DNA of 62,062 nt from Chiloscyllium plagiosum (taxonomy: Eukaryota). Under the pieces are notes generated by a model. The model had not been told where the DNA came from. It worked only from the letters and a program-made list of their open reading frames with translations, and did no database searches. Shown here in pieces: positions 36,701 through 48,800 of the stretch (positions are counted from its first letter, which is position 1; each line of letters begins with the position of its first letter). The translations under genes and the position numbers were made by a program. Location of the stretch: NCBI RefSeq assembly GCF_004010195.1, contig NC_057751.1, positions 17,533,380 to 17,595,441 of the forward strand, written 5' to 3'.

Positions 36701-38588
36701 CAATTGTATAGTATAAAATGCATGCAGCCTCCAACCCTCAAAATCATTATAATTTCCTGGTTCTTGTCTCTGAATTTAAGTGCAGCAGTCTTAAAATTAT
36801 GTCGAACCAAATGCGTCCGATGCAAAAGTTAATTCTGCATTTTCTGAAAAAATGTTGCTGGTTTGGGAGACTTAGATCTCTCTTTATACTTCCAATTTTA
36901 AAATTTTTAATGAAATTATTCAAGGTCCGCCGCAATTCCTCCACGTATTGAGCAAATTTTAAAGTCTAAGATGATTTTCCTCAATGTCAGGTTCAGATTA
37001 TTTTAAATAAATGAGCAGACACCCATTTTCATCCAGGAACAGAATCATTCCTCACCCGACGGCAGGTGTTAATGCTCTCGCTTTTACGTCCTTTTGTCAA
37101 TCCTTTGATTAGTCCAACACCTGAGGGTGAAAGGGATGATATTGAATTGTGACAGGAGCCTGAAATTTTGGAAGACTTGAGAGTAGGTTTATACTGGTTT
37201 CAAATCGTGCAGAAATCGAAGCAAAATACTTTTTTTAAAAAAAGACTGTAATGTCGTCTTCCTCCATATTAAAATGATTAGATTTTCATGAAAACATAAA
37301 TTAGAAATTGACAGCAGTGGTCTATCTGAGGAACATTCCTGGATTTCGAGCTCCAGGGAACAAAATAAAATTCAGTCGCCAACAAGCAAATGTGCATTGA
37401 AACCAGAACACGAAGAGTTAATCTTTTCGGCAAACTTCAGTGACTCAACACTGTGACAGTCTCTCTTTCTGGCAAGTTTCTTTCCATTCCAGTTTTTTTA
37501 AAGCTTCTATTGACTCATTGCTCGTAAGCGTGATGAAACATTCAGATTCCAGAACAGTCAAACTGAGCGAGTTTCAATTCTAACAATATTTTCAAGCCAA
37601 ATTGTCGGTGCCTCTATATTAGTCCATGACCAGGGGGAAATACAATAGAGTCGTTAATGGTCACGCAATGTGTCCCGTAGGTTAAATTCGTTAAAGTCTT
37701 GACATCTTGTCGGCAATCAATTATAAATACTGCAGATTTGTACGAGTCAATTAAAAAATGTTATACACGAGAGCGGATTGGGACATCGTGATGCATGCCA
37801 CACAACTGAGAGTGGGCCCGGGATATGTTAGGTGGAGTTTCACCTGTGATAATCCTGGACAAAGAAGTACTTTACCCCCAATTGCTGCGAAAACTGAGAT
37901 GTTTTCACCAACACGTTCCATCTGGACACTAGGACCCTGCTTGCACTAGCAACTTGTTGCCAATTAGTGCGAACTGTGACAATGTTTCTGACAGTATTCT
38001 GTGCCTGGCCGGCTTTCCTGCTTGTTTGGGAATTGACAACAGCAGCAATCCCGACTGAGCGGGTAATTTGGGATACTTAGGGGAAGAAGGCGCTGGTACA
38101 GTGGGAGGGTTGTTGAATGAGTTTCAAGGATGCTAACCTTGATTGTAAGTGCAGGGGGATGATGGCTGTTGTGTACTGCCTTAAACTCAACGGGAGAATT
38201 CCCTCACTTAAGTGTTGCATTTCACATGTTTACTGTGGCGTTTTAGTGTCTTCTCCATGGAGACAAAAGGACGGGGTCTGACCTGCAGAGAATGACAAGA
38301 TTGCCTTGTCCCCGGGACTGGCACTTCAGTCTTACTTGCAGAGTGCTTCGATCCCATTCTCACATCGCAGGTCCCGAACGCAGATCAGTCTCCGACAAGC
38401 AAACGAATACAATGCAAAGGCAAACTACAAAACAAACCAACAAGCCAAAACACTGGCGTCGGGGTCAATTCATCAAGGCCTCCCAATCCCAGCGATCAAC
38501 CGAGTTTGACATTTCGATCTGGACACCTTCCGTCTTCCCTCATCGGATCAGTCTACAGCCTCAGATCAGTATCATGCACCTAACCAAT

Positions 38589-39264
38589 TGTCGTGATTTT
38601 TATTAGCCCCATACAACTCTCACATTTACTCATACACTAACTTAAATTCTTAAATTAATTTTTGAAGAAAAACTCGAGAGGCGGAGCTTGAAAATTAACC
38701 GGTTTATTACATCATAGGGAGCTTACCGTCCTACTCTATGGCTCGGTAAGACTCTGACCAACAGCAGAAAGTTACAGGATAATGTAGAAACCAAGACTCG
38801 GGCTGAGATACAGGCTGCCCGTTAATTTCAAAGTGTCAGAATGGTCTGGGGAGGTACCAAATCATGGGTAAGCTCTCAGCTTTACCCGAATTCATACAAC
38901 ACATTCCACATCTGGGCAGCATTGAATGTTATCCTTAAAAATAAGAACAACAAACATTAGCAATACATCATAGAGAGAGATAAGCTAATTAACAAGAGGA
39001 GGCGCCTTTAAGCAATTAATTTCACATACCAGCAATACATCACAGTGATAAAGCAGCTAGCAGACATTTTGAGACGCCTTTTAATAGATAAGCGACATAT
39101 AAACATTATACCATTGTGAGAGAAGAACTGAGAGATGTGCCAGAAACTGTGAGACAGCCTCTCACAGCTAACATGATAAGGATTATTCTCCTGGATGGGG
39201 GACAGTTCAACAAAATTGTTCCTTGTCGAAGAGGAAGGGCATGATCAAGAAAATAGCTTCCACA
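38589..39264 (-). repeat. 5' LTR (TG...CA, 676 bp)
   Basis: Starts TGTGGAAGCT, ends CACGACA followed by AT-TGG (PBS position; tRNA not assignable). Confidence 0.72.
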
Positions 39265-39599
39265 TCTGGTATACATCATTGCCACATTCCTGCCGGCTCT
39301 GCCCTAAACCTTCATTTTAACAGCCTGGATGGGACTGACTAACTCAACGTTGACGGCCTCTGTGGTAAATGAAAATGAATGGTTCTGTATATCTCAGGAA
39401 AAAAATCTTCCTTATCCTCCAAAATGTGACTCCCTTTTATACAATTATGTGTCTGCACCCGGACTTTCCCACAAAGTGAAATGTCTTTCCGTCTGATAAC
39501 TGCACAGCGTTCAGCACCATTTGAGACTCGTAGGATACAGAGACAGTCCATGTTCAAAGGCAGCAGAATCCCACATATCCAAGGTTCCAGCTGAAAAGT

Positions 39600-40140
39600 G
39601 GCAATTAACAATTGTGCCTCACAATTGGCGCACAATGGCTACCTTCAACAAGATATAATCTCGCCATCGTCTCATAAAGCTTAATGGCATCACCATCATT
39701 GAATCCTACCTATCAAATTTCTAGGGGTTACTCTTATCCTGAAACTGAACTCGACAAACAATATCAATACGATGACCACGAAGAACAAGTCAGAGGATAC
39801 GAACACTGCACAGAGTAACGCATCTCCTAACTTCCCAACGCCTTCCCAGAATCTGCAAGGCACAACTCAGGAGTGTGATGGATTACCTTTCATGTGTCTG
39901 GATGGACACTGCTACAACAGCATTCAAGAAGCTCGACACCTTCAACTACCAAGCAACTGATGGATTGGCATCGAATCCACAAACATTCTCTCCTGCCACC
40001 TCTAAAACTGTATAGCGTCAAAGTATACGATCTCCCCTACCATGCAATGCCTTTGCTGCTAGCACCTTCCAAACTTGGGAGCTCCATCAAGGGCAAGAGA
40101 ATCAGATACGTTGGAAACCCGCTTTATGCACGTTCCCATT
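39600..40140 (+). mobile_element. Old CR1/L2-group LINE 3' remnant
   Basis: CKAQLRSVMDY...WM......FKKLDT. Confidence 0.65.
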
Positions 40141-41192
40141 AGTAACAGACAATAATGATGCACTGTGCGAGATCCTTGGCTTGATTAACGTGTCCAAGAT
40201 TCTTGAAATAACAGCCATGTGCATGCTGCCTCACACTGAAGGATTTCAGTAATGCAACGTGCCGCCTTTTCTGAGTGTATTGAAGGATTGTAAAGAAACT
40301 TTCGTTTAACAAGCCATATCTTTCGAGCGGTTCAATGTATATTTAGTTCTGCTAAGTCATCATCAAAGGATGTATTGAAGGGAAATATTTGTGAAGAGTA
40401 AAAAGTAAAGTTTAGTGCTATGGATCCCAGGTCTTTCTACAACATATGAAAAAAACCCTAATACTAAAGCCGAATGTTCAGTGATCTAGTAGTAGGAAGT
40501 CGCAGACGTAAGTCAGTACACTCAAAGTAACGTGAGACCTCAATCTAGCTTGAATACAAGGCTATCAGTTTCACATCAGTTGCATTCAGTTTCTATGCTC
40601 CTTAAAACTACTAGAGTGGATCTTGTGGCGTAACGATCCAATACTCTCCATCAATACATCTCAAGGCTTCCGAAATGCATTGCTTATATGTAAGGTAGGC
40701 AAAACGTGTTTGCACCAATCCACCTTGAAATGAAGCACACCAATGTATGAAAGTATGAGCAAACAGGCCACTCGACCCCACTAACCTGCACAGCCATTCA
40801 GTAAGTTCTGGTCGGATCCGGGTTTTGCCTTAACTCCCAACATCCACAATCCATCCCTGATTGCTTTCAACCCCTTGGCAATCAAGAATCTAATTGCCTC
40901 TTCCTTAACAACAAAAGAATGTGTCGGCACTCACTGAAATTTCGGAAAGGGAATTACAGAAGAGTCTTCATAAAAGAATTGAATTTTCTTCGTTTTCTTC
41001 TTGAAATAGATACCCTGTTATCATTAAACGACAAGTTCTTGCTTTCCATTTTCCAACAGTGGGGCACAGCATTTCCACATCCATTTGGTCAGGTTCCCTC
41101 AGGATCATTATATTGTTTACTTGACTCAACTCTGACGCTTTCAAAATGCCAATGAATGCGGGTCTAGCCTGTCTAACCTTTCCTTATACGAT

Positions 41193-41416
41193 TGTCATGA
41201 CTTTACGGAGGTTAGCTAGGTGGACCACATTGAATATGCGGGTTGTTAATCTGGTAGAATCAGGGAGCCGTGACTGACAGATGCAAACAGGAACATTAGA
41301 GGTTCGATTCACTCTGAGGGTTGATTGTGAAGAAGCCAGACCGGTGTGAAATGCTATGCACGCGAGAATAAATGGTGCCGTGGTGACGGGATACTGGTCC
41401 TGCTGGAGTTAATTCA
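41193..41416 (+). repeat. Gypsy 5' LTR
   Basis: Shares GTGGACC.CAT, TGTTAATCTGGT, TCAGGGAG, AAACAGGA, AGAGGTTC, AATAAA and AGTTA.TTCA with 46775-47009. Confidence 0.85.
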
Positions 41417-43849
41417 GTCGTGATGTCAATGGCATTAATGTAAAGATAAAGAAAAGGCACATACTAACTGAATCCCTCCTGAACTTAAAATAGGCACTAC
41501 AATGAGCTTTGTCATTTGAAAATGTGACAAGTTGAGAATATAAGTTATAGTGTATGGTGATGGAGTTTGGTACTCTCTCAAGGTCGACTGAGCTTTGGAC
41601 ACAACACTTGAGTGAATGCAATTGCATAATTTTACGATATCTCAAAAATAGATTGGCTCGAGGGAAGTCCTCAGGAAAGCCCGCCCCCCTCCAAAAATAA
41701 AATCCAAGCCACGGAAAAATGCTTAATGCTGTCTTCCATTGGCAAACCATTGCAGTTGCTGCTGGCATGCGTACTCAATAAGACAAAAGAGTTTGACGAG
41801 GCCAGAATTAACTTAGGTAAGATTTCTAGTACAGTGCATAGTATGGAAGGTGCATCTATCTTTATCTGGAAACAATTTAACTGCTCCATAACATCCAAAT
41901 CTAAACCCCATCAAAGTAAACGACTGGTTAAATGGTCACCCGCTTTTGAAGGAGGTTGATCCGGGCATGACTGTATCAGTGATTGCAGAACCAGTCTTTC
42001 AAACAAAATTGCTATGGTCTCCAACCCTTCAGATTGCACGAGACCTCTGTTAGACAGGTAACTTGCACTTGGGATGCCTTTCCAGAATAAAGGTACAATT
42101 TCAGTTCCAGAGTGATATGAAAAGCACCTCGTTGAGAAAGCTTCAACTTGACTGGCTCAACATTTTTCGATTAGAAAATGGCTCACTGAGTGACGTCGGA
42201 ATTAACTACCCAAACCATTTCGCTTTCAGAAGGTTCTTGGACTGTGAACGGACCCAAAACTATCTTGCACGTGGACCCAGGATGCAAGTCTGCTAGCCCG
42301 CACAGCGCTAGGAAATGCAAAAATAATGGCACGGGTCACAAAGCTGGTAAATCAAGAAACCAGTACGGTTTGCAGAATGGGCAGCACTGGTTACAATAAT
42401 TGTGAAGACCAATGGATCGGTTTCAATTTGTGGGGACTTTATAAAAACGGAAAACCACTTCTCCCAGGTGGATAAATGCCAAATCACTTGCACAGAGGAT
42501 CTATAAGCAAAAGTGGCTGGTGAGTGGGGATTGGGGGGAAGGGATTCATGAAGCTGGACATGAGACACGTATACCTACAGTTATGCTTTCCGGGAATTCT
42601 CAGAAACTTGCTACATTCAATCCCATATGTGTTTGTAACAATGTACGAGACTTCCATTTCGTGAATCAACAGTCTGCCATTATTCAGTGGACGATGCAAA
42701 ACGTTTTTTTCAGATCTAATCTAGAATGCCATTTGTCTCGATGAAGTTGCAACAACAGGATAGACCAATTAAAAAAAAACTACAGATCTTGGAAATCAAT
42801 CTTAGATCTTCATCCACATGCAGACCTAGGCCGTATAAGAGAAACATATATATTCCATGCACCTCAAACGTCTTATTTTGGTTACACATTCGAGAGTACC
42901 GGATTACAACTGGTGCAAGATAAAGTGAAGGTCATGAAAAGTGTACTGCTTTCCATGTCCTGACTGGAACTGAGGCATTTCCTTGGATTGGTGAAGTATG
43001 AGGGAAAATTCACACGTAACCGGACCTCCATCTTGATACCATTCGAACTGCAGTTGCAAATTGGCACTTAGCCAAGACATAGCTTTTGGGGAAGATAAGA
43101 AGTAGCTATCATCTCAATTGTTTGTACACTATGATATCCAGTGAGATCTGGTGCTAACAAACCAGTGATTCGGATATGGTATTGTTGTAGTTTTGGCACA
43201 CAGATGGTCCAATGGAACGCTTAGTAGTCCATGACTCCTTGCTGTTGGCTGATGCTGAGCATCAAAATGCCCAGGTAGAAACGGGAGTTTTGTTGGTCAC
43301 CTTTGTTGTAAGTTCGAACAAAGCCTTTTTGCACGTAAATTTCTAATAATACCAGGTCACAAACTCCTGATAGCGCGACTCAAAAAGGTCAAGAACGTGC
43401 CACCCATACCTTCAGGTCGAATTCAGCAATTGCATATCATTCTAATTGCCTACAATTACAAATTGGAACGCCAAACAGGGGGCCAAGTAGTAAATGTGGA
43501 TAGTGTGACCGACCTTCTCATGGCAGATGCACTAGAGTTGGTGCTGCCACTGAAAGTCTTCGTTCTGTTTTTAAACTTTCTGGACACCCTTCCTGTCACC
43601 GTTGACAATGTTTGACTGTAGATGCCAAAAGGTCAGTTCTTGGCAAATTGTTAATGATGGGGCAGCAAAAGGGTTATCACAACAAGACCTGAAGCCTTCT
43701 TTAACCGGGGAAACAACATGTGTCCAAAAGGCAGATGTTGGCGAGAAGTTATGTCTGATCGCCAAGCATGCATATAGACATAGCCACATTGGTGGAGCAG
43801 TGCTTGGACAAGTAGAAAAAATATCACAAGATCTTTTTTTTTTAACGAA

Positions 43850-45790
43850 AATCCCAAATCCTTTTATTTGGGTAACTAGAGAAAGGGTTGGCCCACTCAA
43901 GCTCAAAGGAGGAAAGTTATGTGTGGAGTCAAAGAAAATGGACGAGATTCTTATTGCGCACTTTACATCGNNNNNNNNNNNNNNNNNNNNNNNNNNNNNN
44001 NNNNNNNNNNNNNNNNNNNNNNNNNNNNNNNNNNNNNNNNNNNNNNNNNNNNNNNNNNNNNNNNNNNNNNNNNNNNNNNNNNNNNNNNNNNNNNNNNNNN
44101 NNNNNNNNNNNNNNNNNNNNNNNNNNNNNNNNNNNNNNNNNNNNNNNNNNNNNNNNNNNNNNNNNNNNNNNNNNNNNNNNNNNNNNNNNNNNNNNNNNNN
44201 NNNNNNNNNNNNNNNNNNNNNNNNNNNNNNNNNNNNNNNNNNNNNNNNNNNNNNNNNNNNNNNNNNNNNNNNNNNNNNNNNNNNNNNNNNNNNNNNNNNN
44301 NNNNNNNNNNNNNNNNNNNNNNNNNNNNNNNNNNNNNNNNNNNNNNNNNNNNNNNNNNNNNNNNNNNNNNNNNNNNNNNNNNNNNNNNNNNNNNNNNNNN
44401 NNNNNNNNNNNNNNNNNNNNNNNNNNNNNNNNNNNNNNNNNNNNNNNNNNNNNNNNNNNNNNNNNNNNNNNNNNNNNNNNNNNNNNNNNNNNNNNNNNNN
44501 NNNNNNNNNNNNNNNNNNNNNNNNNNNNNNNNNNNNNNNNNNNNNNNNNNNNNNNNNNNNNNNNNNNNNNNNNNNNNNNNNNNNNNNNNNNNNNNNNNNN
44601 NNNNNNNNNNNNNNNNNNNNNNNNNNNNNNNNNNNNNNNNNNNNNNNNNNNNNNNNNNNNNNNNNNNNNNNNNNNNNNNNNNNNNNNNNNNNNNNNNNNN
44701 NNNNNNNNNNNNNNNNNNNNNNNNNNNNNNNNNNNNNNNNNNNNNNNNNNNNNNNNNNNNNNNNNNNNNNNNNNNNNNNNNNNNNNNNNNNNNNNNNNNN
44801 NNNNNNNNNNNNNNNNNNNNNNNNNNNNNNNNNNNNNNNNNNNNNNNNNNNNNNNNNNNNNNNNNNNNNNNNNNNNNNNNNNNNNNNNNNNNNNNNNNNN
44901 NNNNNNNNNNGTAAGGTGTTTGACAAGGTTCTCAATGAGAGGCTGATTGAAAAAGTGAAGTCATGGGGTGCAGTGTGTATGAGCCAGATGGATAGAGAAC
45001 CTGCTGGGAAACAGAGAACAGAGTGTTGTAGTGGAAGGGAGTTTCTCTGAATGAGGAATTGTGACCAGTGGTGGTCTATTTGCATCCTTGCTGGGAGTAC
45101 TGCTGATTGTGATATACATAATTCATCTGGAGGAGCATGGAGGTGGTCTGATGAGTAAGTATGCAGATGAAACTCAAATTGGTGGAGTAGCAGATAGTGA
45201 AGGGAGCTGTCAGGAAATGTATCAGAAAATAGACGGATTGGCGAATTGTGTGATGAAATGGCAGATAGATATCAATCCGGGTAAATGCGAGGTGATGCAG
45301 TTAGGAAGATCCGATTCAAAAGCGAACTATACAGTAAATATAGATGCCCTGGGAAAGAATTGATGTGTGGAGAGATCTGGATGTTCAGTTTCATTGTAAC
45401 CTGAAGGTGGCAATGCAGGTCGATAGAGTGGTCAAGAAGGCATGCGGCACACTTTCTTTCATTGCACGGTGTGTTGAGTCAAATAGTTGGCACGTCATGT
45501 TACAGTTCGTCTTTGGCCACATTTGGAATAGTTTCAGACAATTATGATTGGGAAGTTTTCTTTACACCAAGGATGGGTGCCTGAAATGCGTTGCCAGTGG
45601 GACAAGCAGAGGTATGCATGATAGCATCATTTAAGATATAACTAGACAGATACATCAATGGGCAGGGAGCAGAGGGTTTACAGATTCACGGAAAATAGAC
45701 GACAGGTTTAGTTCGAGGATGTGGATCAGCGCTGGCGTTCAGGGTTGAGTGGTCTATTCCAGTGCTGTCATTTTCTTTGTTCTTTGTTCA
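43850..45790 (+). mobile_element. CR1-type LINE nested in Gypsy pol (spans gap)
   Basis: RERVGPLK; KVFDKV; SKYADETQIGG; 3' tail TTCTTTGTTCTTTG. Confidence 0.85.
43971..44910. other. Assembly gap
   Basis: Run of N. Confidence 1.
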
Positions 45791-46774
45791 AGAAGCTTCC
45801 CACATTTATGGAATGGACACGTGAAACCTGGTCTCGGTTAATGTGTGGAATATGACTGCCGACTGATGGGATAAACGTTATTACTAATTGTGCATGGCGA
45901 CTCAGAACGGTTAGATGTGCATGGACTTCATTCCTCAAACAGACAGACAATGATAGAAGAGTTGCTAGCATCTTTTCTCATATGCTGACTCTGAGAAATG
46001 TTGGTCACGGACAATGGGCCATTTTTTACAGGCACGGATACTCAATATTTAGTAAAGTTGAAAGGCTATTGCTAAATAAGATCGGATCCACAGCATTGAT
46101 TTTCCCGTGGGCTGGTGAAAACAACCCTTTAAACCTTGAAGCTAGACTTTTTTAAAAATCCCACAGCTTCACTCATTACTAAATTGTCCGTTTCCTATTT
46201 GATTACCAGACCAGTCTGCATGCAAGTACAGGGATAGCGCTCACAGAATTGCTGCTGGGGAGAACATTCCGCACCAGTTCAAATCTGATCATCCCATACC
46301 TGAGACAGCTGGTGCCAGAGATCACAGAGGTCGCCCTGGATGGGTAAGCTGCATGGTCCACACGATGTCACGTTGTATTATGTATTATTACTGATAACAA
46401 GAGGCGTTCCTAAACATGCACGTACACCACAAGAAAACGCAAAACTTTCAAATGAATGAGGAGTGAAACGTATCCAGTCCCTCAGAACTGCAGGAAAGGT
46501 TGTCAGAACATTTGTGTTTGCACCCACCCTCTAGCATTAAAGACAATGCAGAGTCTTTGATCTACATGGCTGATTTCACAGCCTCGAGCCCTTTAACACC
46601 GAAAGAAGAAGATTAATTTCTTGCGAGATGCTCCGGCCCAAGAGGCATGTAATCATCTAATGCAATCCGACAATATCAGTCTGAGTGTAAGAGACCGGGC
46701 TCAGAGTGACAACGCCCAGGAAAGTATATACCGAAAAGAACAGGCCTATATCCCTGATCTTAATGGGAACGGGA

Positions 46775-47009
46775 TGTCGTAACAGTAATGAGGTCAACAA
46801 TGTGGACCTCATAAAACATCAGCTTCCCTATTGAAGCTGTTAATCTGGTCCAGTCAGGGAGTTCCACTGTAAGATTTAAACAGGACTGTCAGAGGTTCTG
46901 GTTAGTCTGACAGCTGGCCCCGAGGAAGCCGGACGAAGGTAAATTACGATAAACTTGTAAATAAAGGATGACTTTGTCCCAGAATATCGACCCTTGTCTA
47001 GTTATTTCA
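46775..47009 (+). repeat. Gypsy 3' LTR
   Basis: See 5' LTR; preceded by purine tract. Confidence 0.85.
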
Positions 47010-47264
47010 GAATGGACTTAACTAAAGGGCGTAAAGGAAGAGATAGCACTAAACTTAATTAGAGGGCACGCTACAAATTCAATCCACTCCCAATAAGCAA
47101 TCTCAAAATGAAACCCATAATTTGCAAACTTCCCATGTGTTGTCCTCAGAGGACCGGTTTCATTACTTGCTGCATAAATAGAATTGGGCTGTCTATAATG
47201 AATGGTGCAAGCAATCAGGTCAACATTTTAACCCATTTCCATGTCGACCAACTGACAGTTCCGT

Positions 47265-47795
47265 ATTAGGCCTGGTCTCCTTCCTATCGGAAAGATGTTG
47301 TGAAATTTGAAAGAGTTCAGAAAATAATTACAAAGATATTGCCACGGCTGGACGATTTGAGCTAGAGGGAGAGGCTGAACACGCTGGGTCTGTTTTCCCT
47401 GGAGCGTTGGAGGCTGAGGCTTGACCTCATAGATGCTGACAAAATTATGAGGGACATGGATCGGATAAATAGACAAAGTCTTTTCCCTGGGGTCGGGGAG
47501 TGCAGAACGAGAACTAGGTTTCGGATGAGAGGGCAGATATGAAAGAGACCTCAGGGCAACTTTTTCACTCAAAGGGTGATACGTATGCGGAATGAGCTGC
47601 CAGAGAAATTAGTGGAGGCTGGTACAATTGAAACATTTAAGAGGCATTTGGATGGGAATATGGATAGGAAGTGTTTGGAGCGATATGGGCTGGGTGTTGG
47701 CAGGTGGGACTTGATTGGGTTGGGATATCTGGTCGGAATGGACGGGTTGTAGCGAATGGTCTGTTTCCATGCTGTACATCTCTATGACTCTATGT
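47265..47795 (+). mobile_element. CR1-type LINE 3' fragment
   Basis: RERLNTLGLFSLE; NFFTQRV; tail TCTATGACTCTATG. Confidence 0.88.
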
Positions 47796-48119
47796 TACTT
47801 TGGTCTCAGGTGATCACAGGTAATGACAGTAGATTGTTCCCCGAATGGACACCTATGATCCCATTCATTTCAATATGATATTTTCAACAGTTTTCCGTGA
47901 GACTAACGTTTAAATTCCAGATTTTACATTGCATTTTTTAAATCCACCAAGGTGGTATTCGAACCAATATCCCCATCAGTTTGACCTAACCTCATGATTA
48001 TGAGCACAGTGAAATTAAAAATATGTAACTGCTGTTACTCACAAATTCACTTACTCGATATCATGCTTTCACAGTTTTGCTCATTAAAACATTTAATCTC
48101 GCACAATTTCATCCTCTTT

Positions 48120-48800
48120 CAGATTCACATTATTACTGAAATTATAACACTTGCACTCACTCGCACACATGGTCCCTTACTCATACATTCACACATTCAG
48201 TCAAGTACCAACACGCTCATTCAATTACACGCATACATTTACACACATTTACTCACTCCCATTCATTACAACATGTATATTGAAAGACAGTGCATGTGAG
48301 TCGAAAGGTGTGGCATTGATAAAAACACTTTATCTAGACAGTTCTGTGTCCGCGGAGTTCTTTTTCGCAGAAAATTGTTGACGTGCAAAAGTTACATGTT
48401 TTATGTGAGTTTAGTATTTCGACATTTTATGAAATTGCATTTTGAGGCAACTCGAAAGTCCGTGTGGTTAACATCTGATCTACTTCTGTGTTTATATCTA
48501 TGAACCATTCTTTTGTATTTGTACATGTGATAGAGCCTATATGTATGTGCATGTGTAAGAGTAAGTGACTGCATGCGTGTGAGAGTAGCAACTGCGTCAG
48601 TGTGAGTGTTTTTGAGTGTGTATCAATGAGAGAGAGCGTATGCATATGTATTTGTGAGCTGTCCAAATGTGCGCATATATGTATGGTTTCATGAATGGGA
48701 AGGTGCTTGTGTCTGCTTGTGCATCGTACAACCATAGAATGTGTTAGTGAGGAAGTGTATGTGTGAGAGTGCGTGCGTGTGTATTTGAGAGTTATTGAAG
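48120..48800. repeat. Degenerate CA-rich (about 48120-48290) and TG-rich (about 48515-48800) low-complexity tracts
   Basis: Directly visible. Confidence 0.7.

Larger units (their letters stand above)
33204..39264 (-). mobile_element. Old LTR-bounded ERV-like element without recognisable gag/pol
   Basis: Diverged direct repeats 33204-33798 and 38589-39264, TG start, AATAAA inside both, polypurine tract before the 3' copy, CA-AT-TGG after the 5' copy. Confidence 0.75.
41193..47009 (+). mobile_element. Decayed Gypsy/Ty3 LTR retrotransposon with nested LINE
   Basis: LTRs 41193-41416 and 46775-47009 (TG...TTCA), PPT GGGAACGGGA; protease-like EVDPG.TVSVI at about 41950; RT GSVSICGDF at about 42415; RNase H GYGI.VVLAH at about 43170; integrase LVTDNGP.F at about 46000 and TG....ELLLGR.FRT. 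Confidence 0.88.

Noticed and set aside
38457..38467. CGTCGGGGTCA resembling the 3' end of tRNA-Trp as a primer-binding site
   Set aside because: Only 11 nt, lacks CCA, and lies about 120 bp from the inferred LTR edge
41186..47015. Target-site duplication of the Gypsy element
   Set aside because: Flanks (ACGAT / GAATG) do not match convincingly
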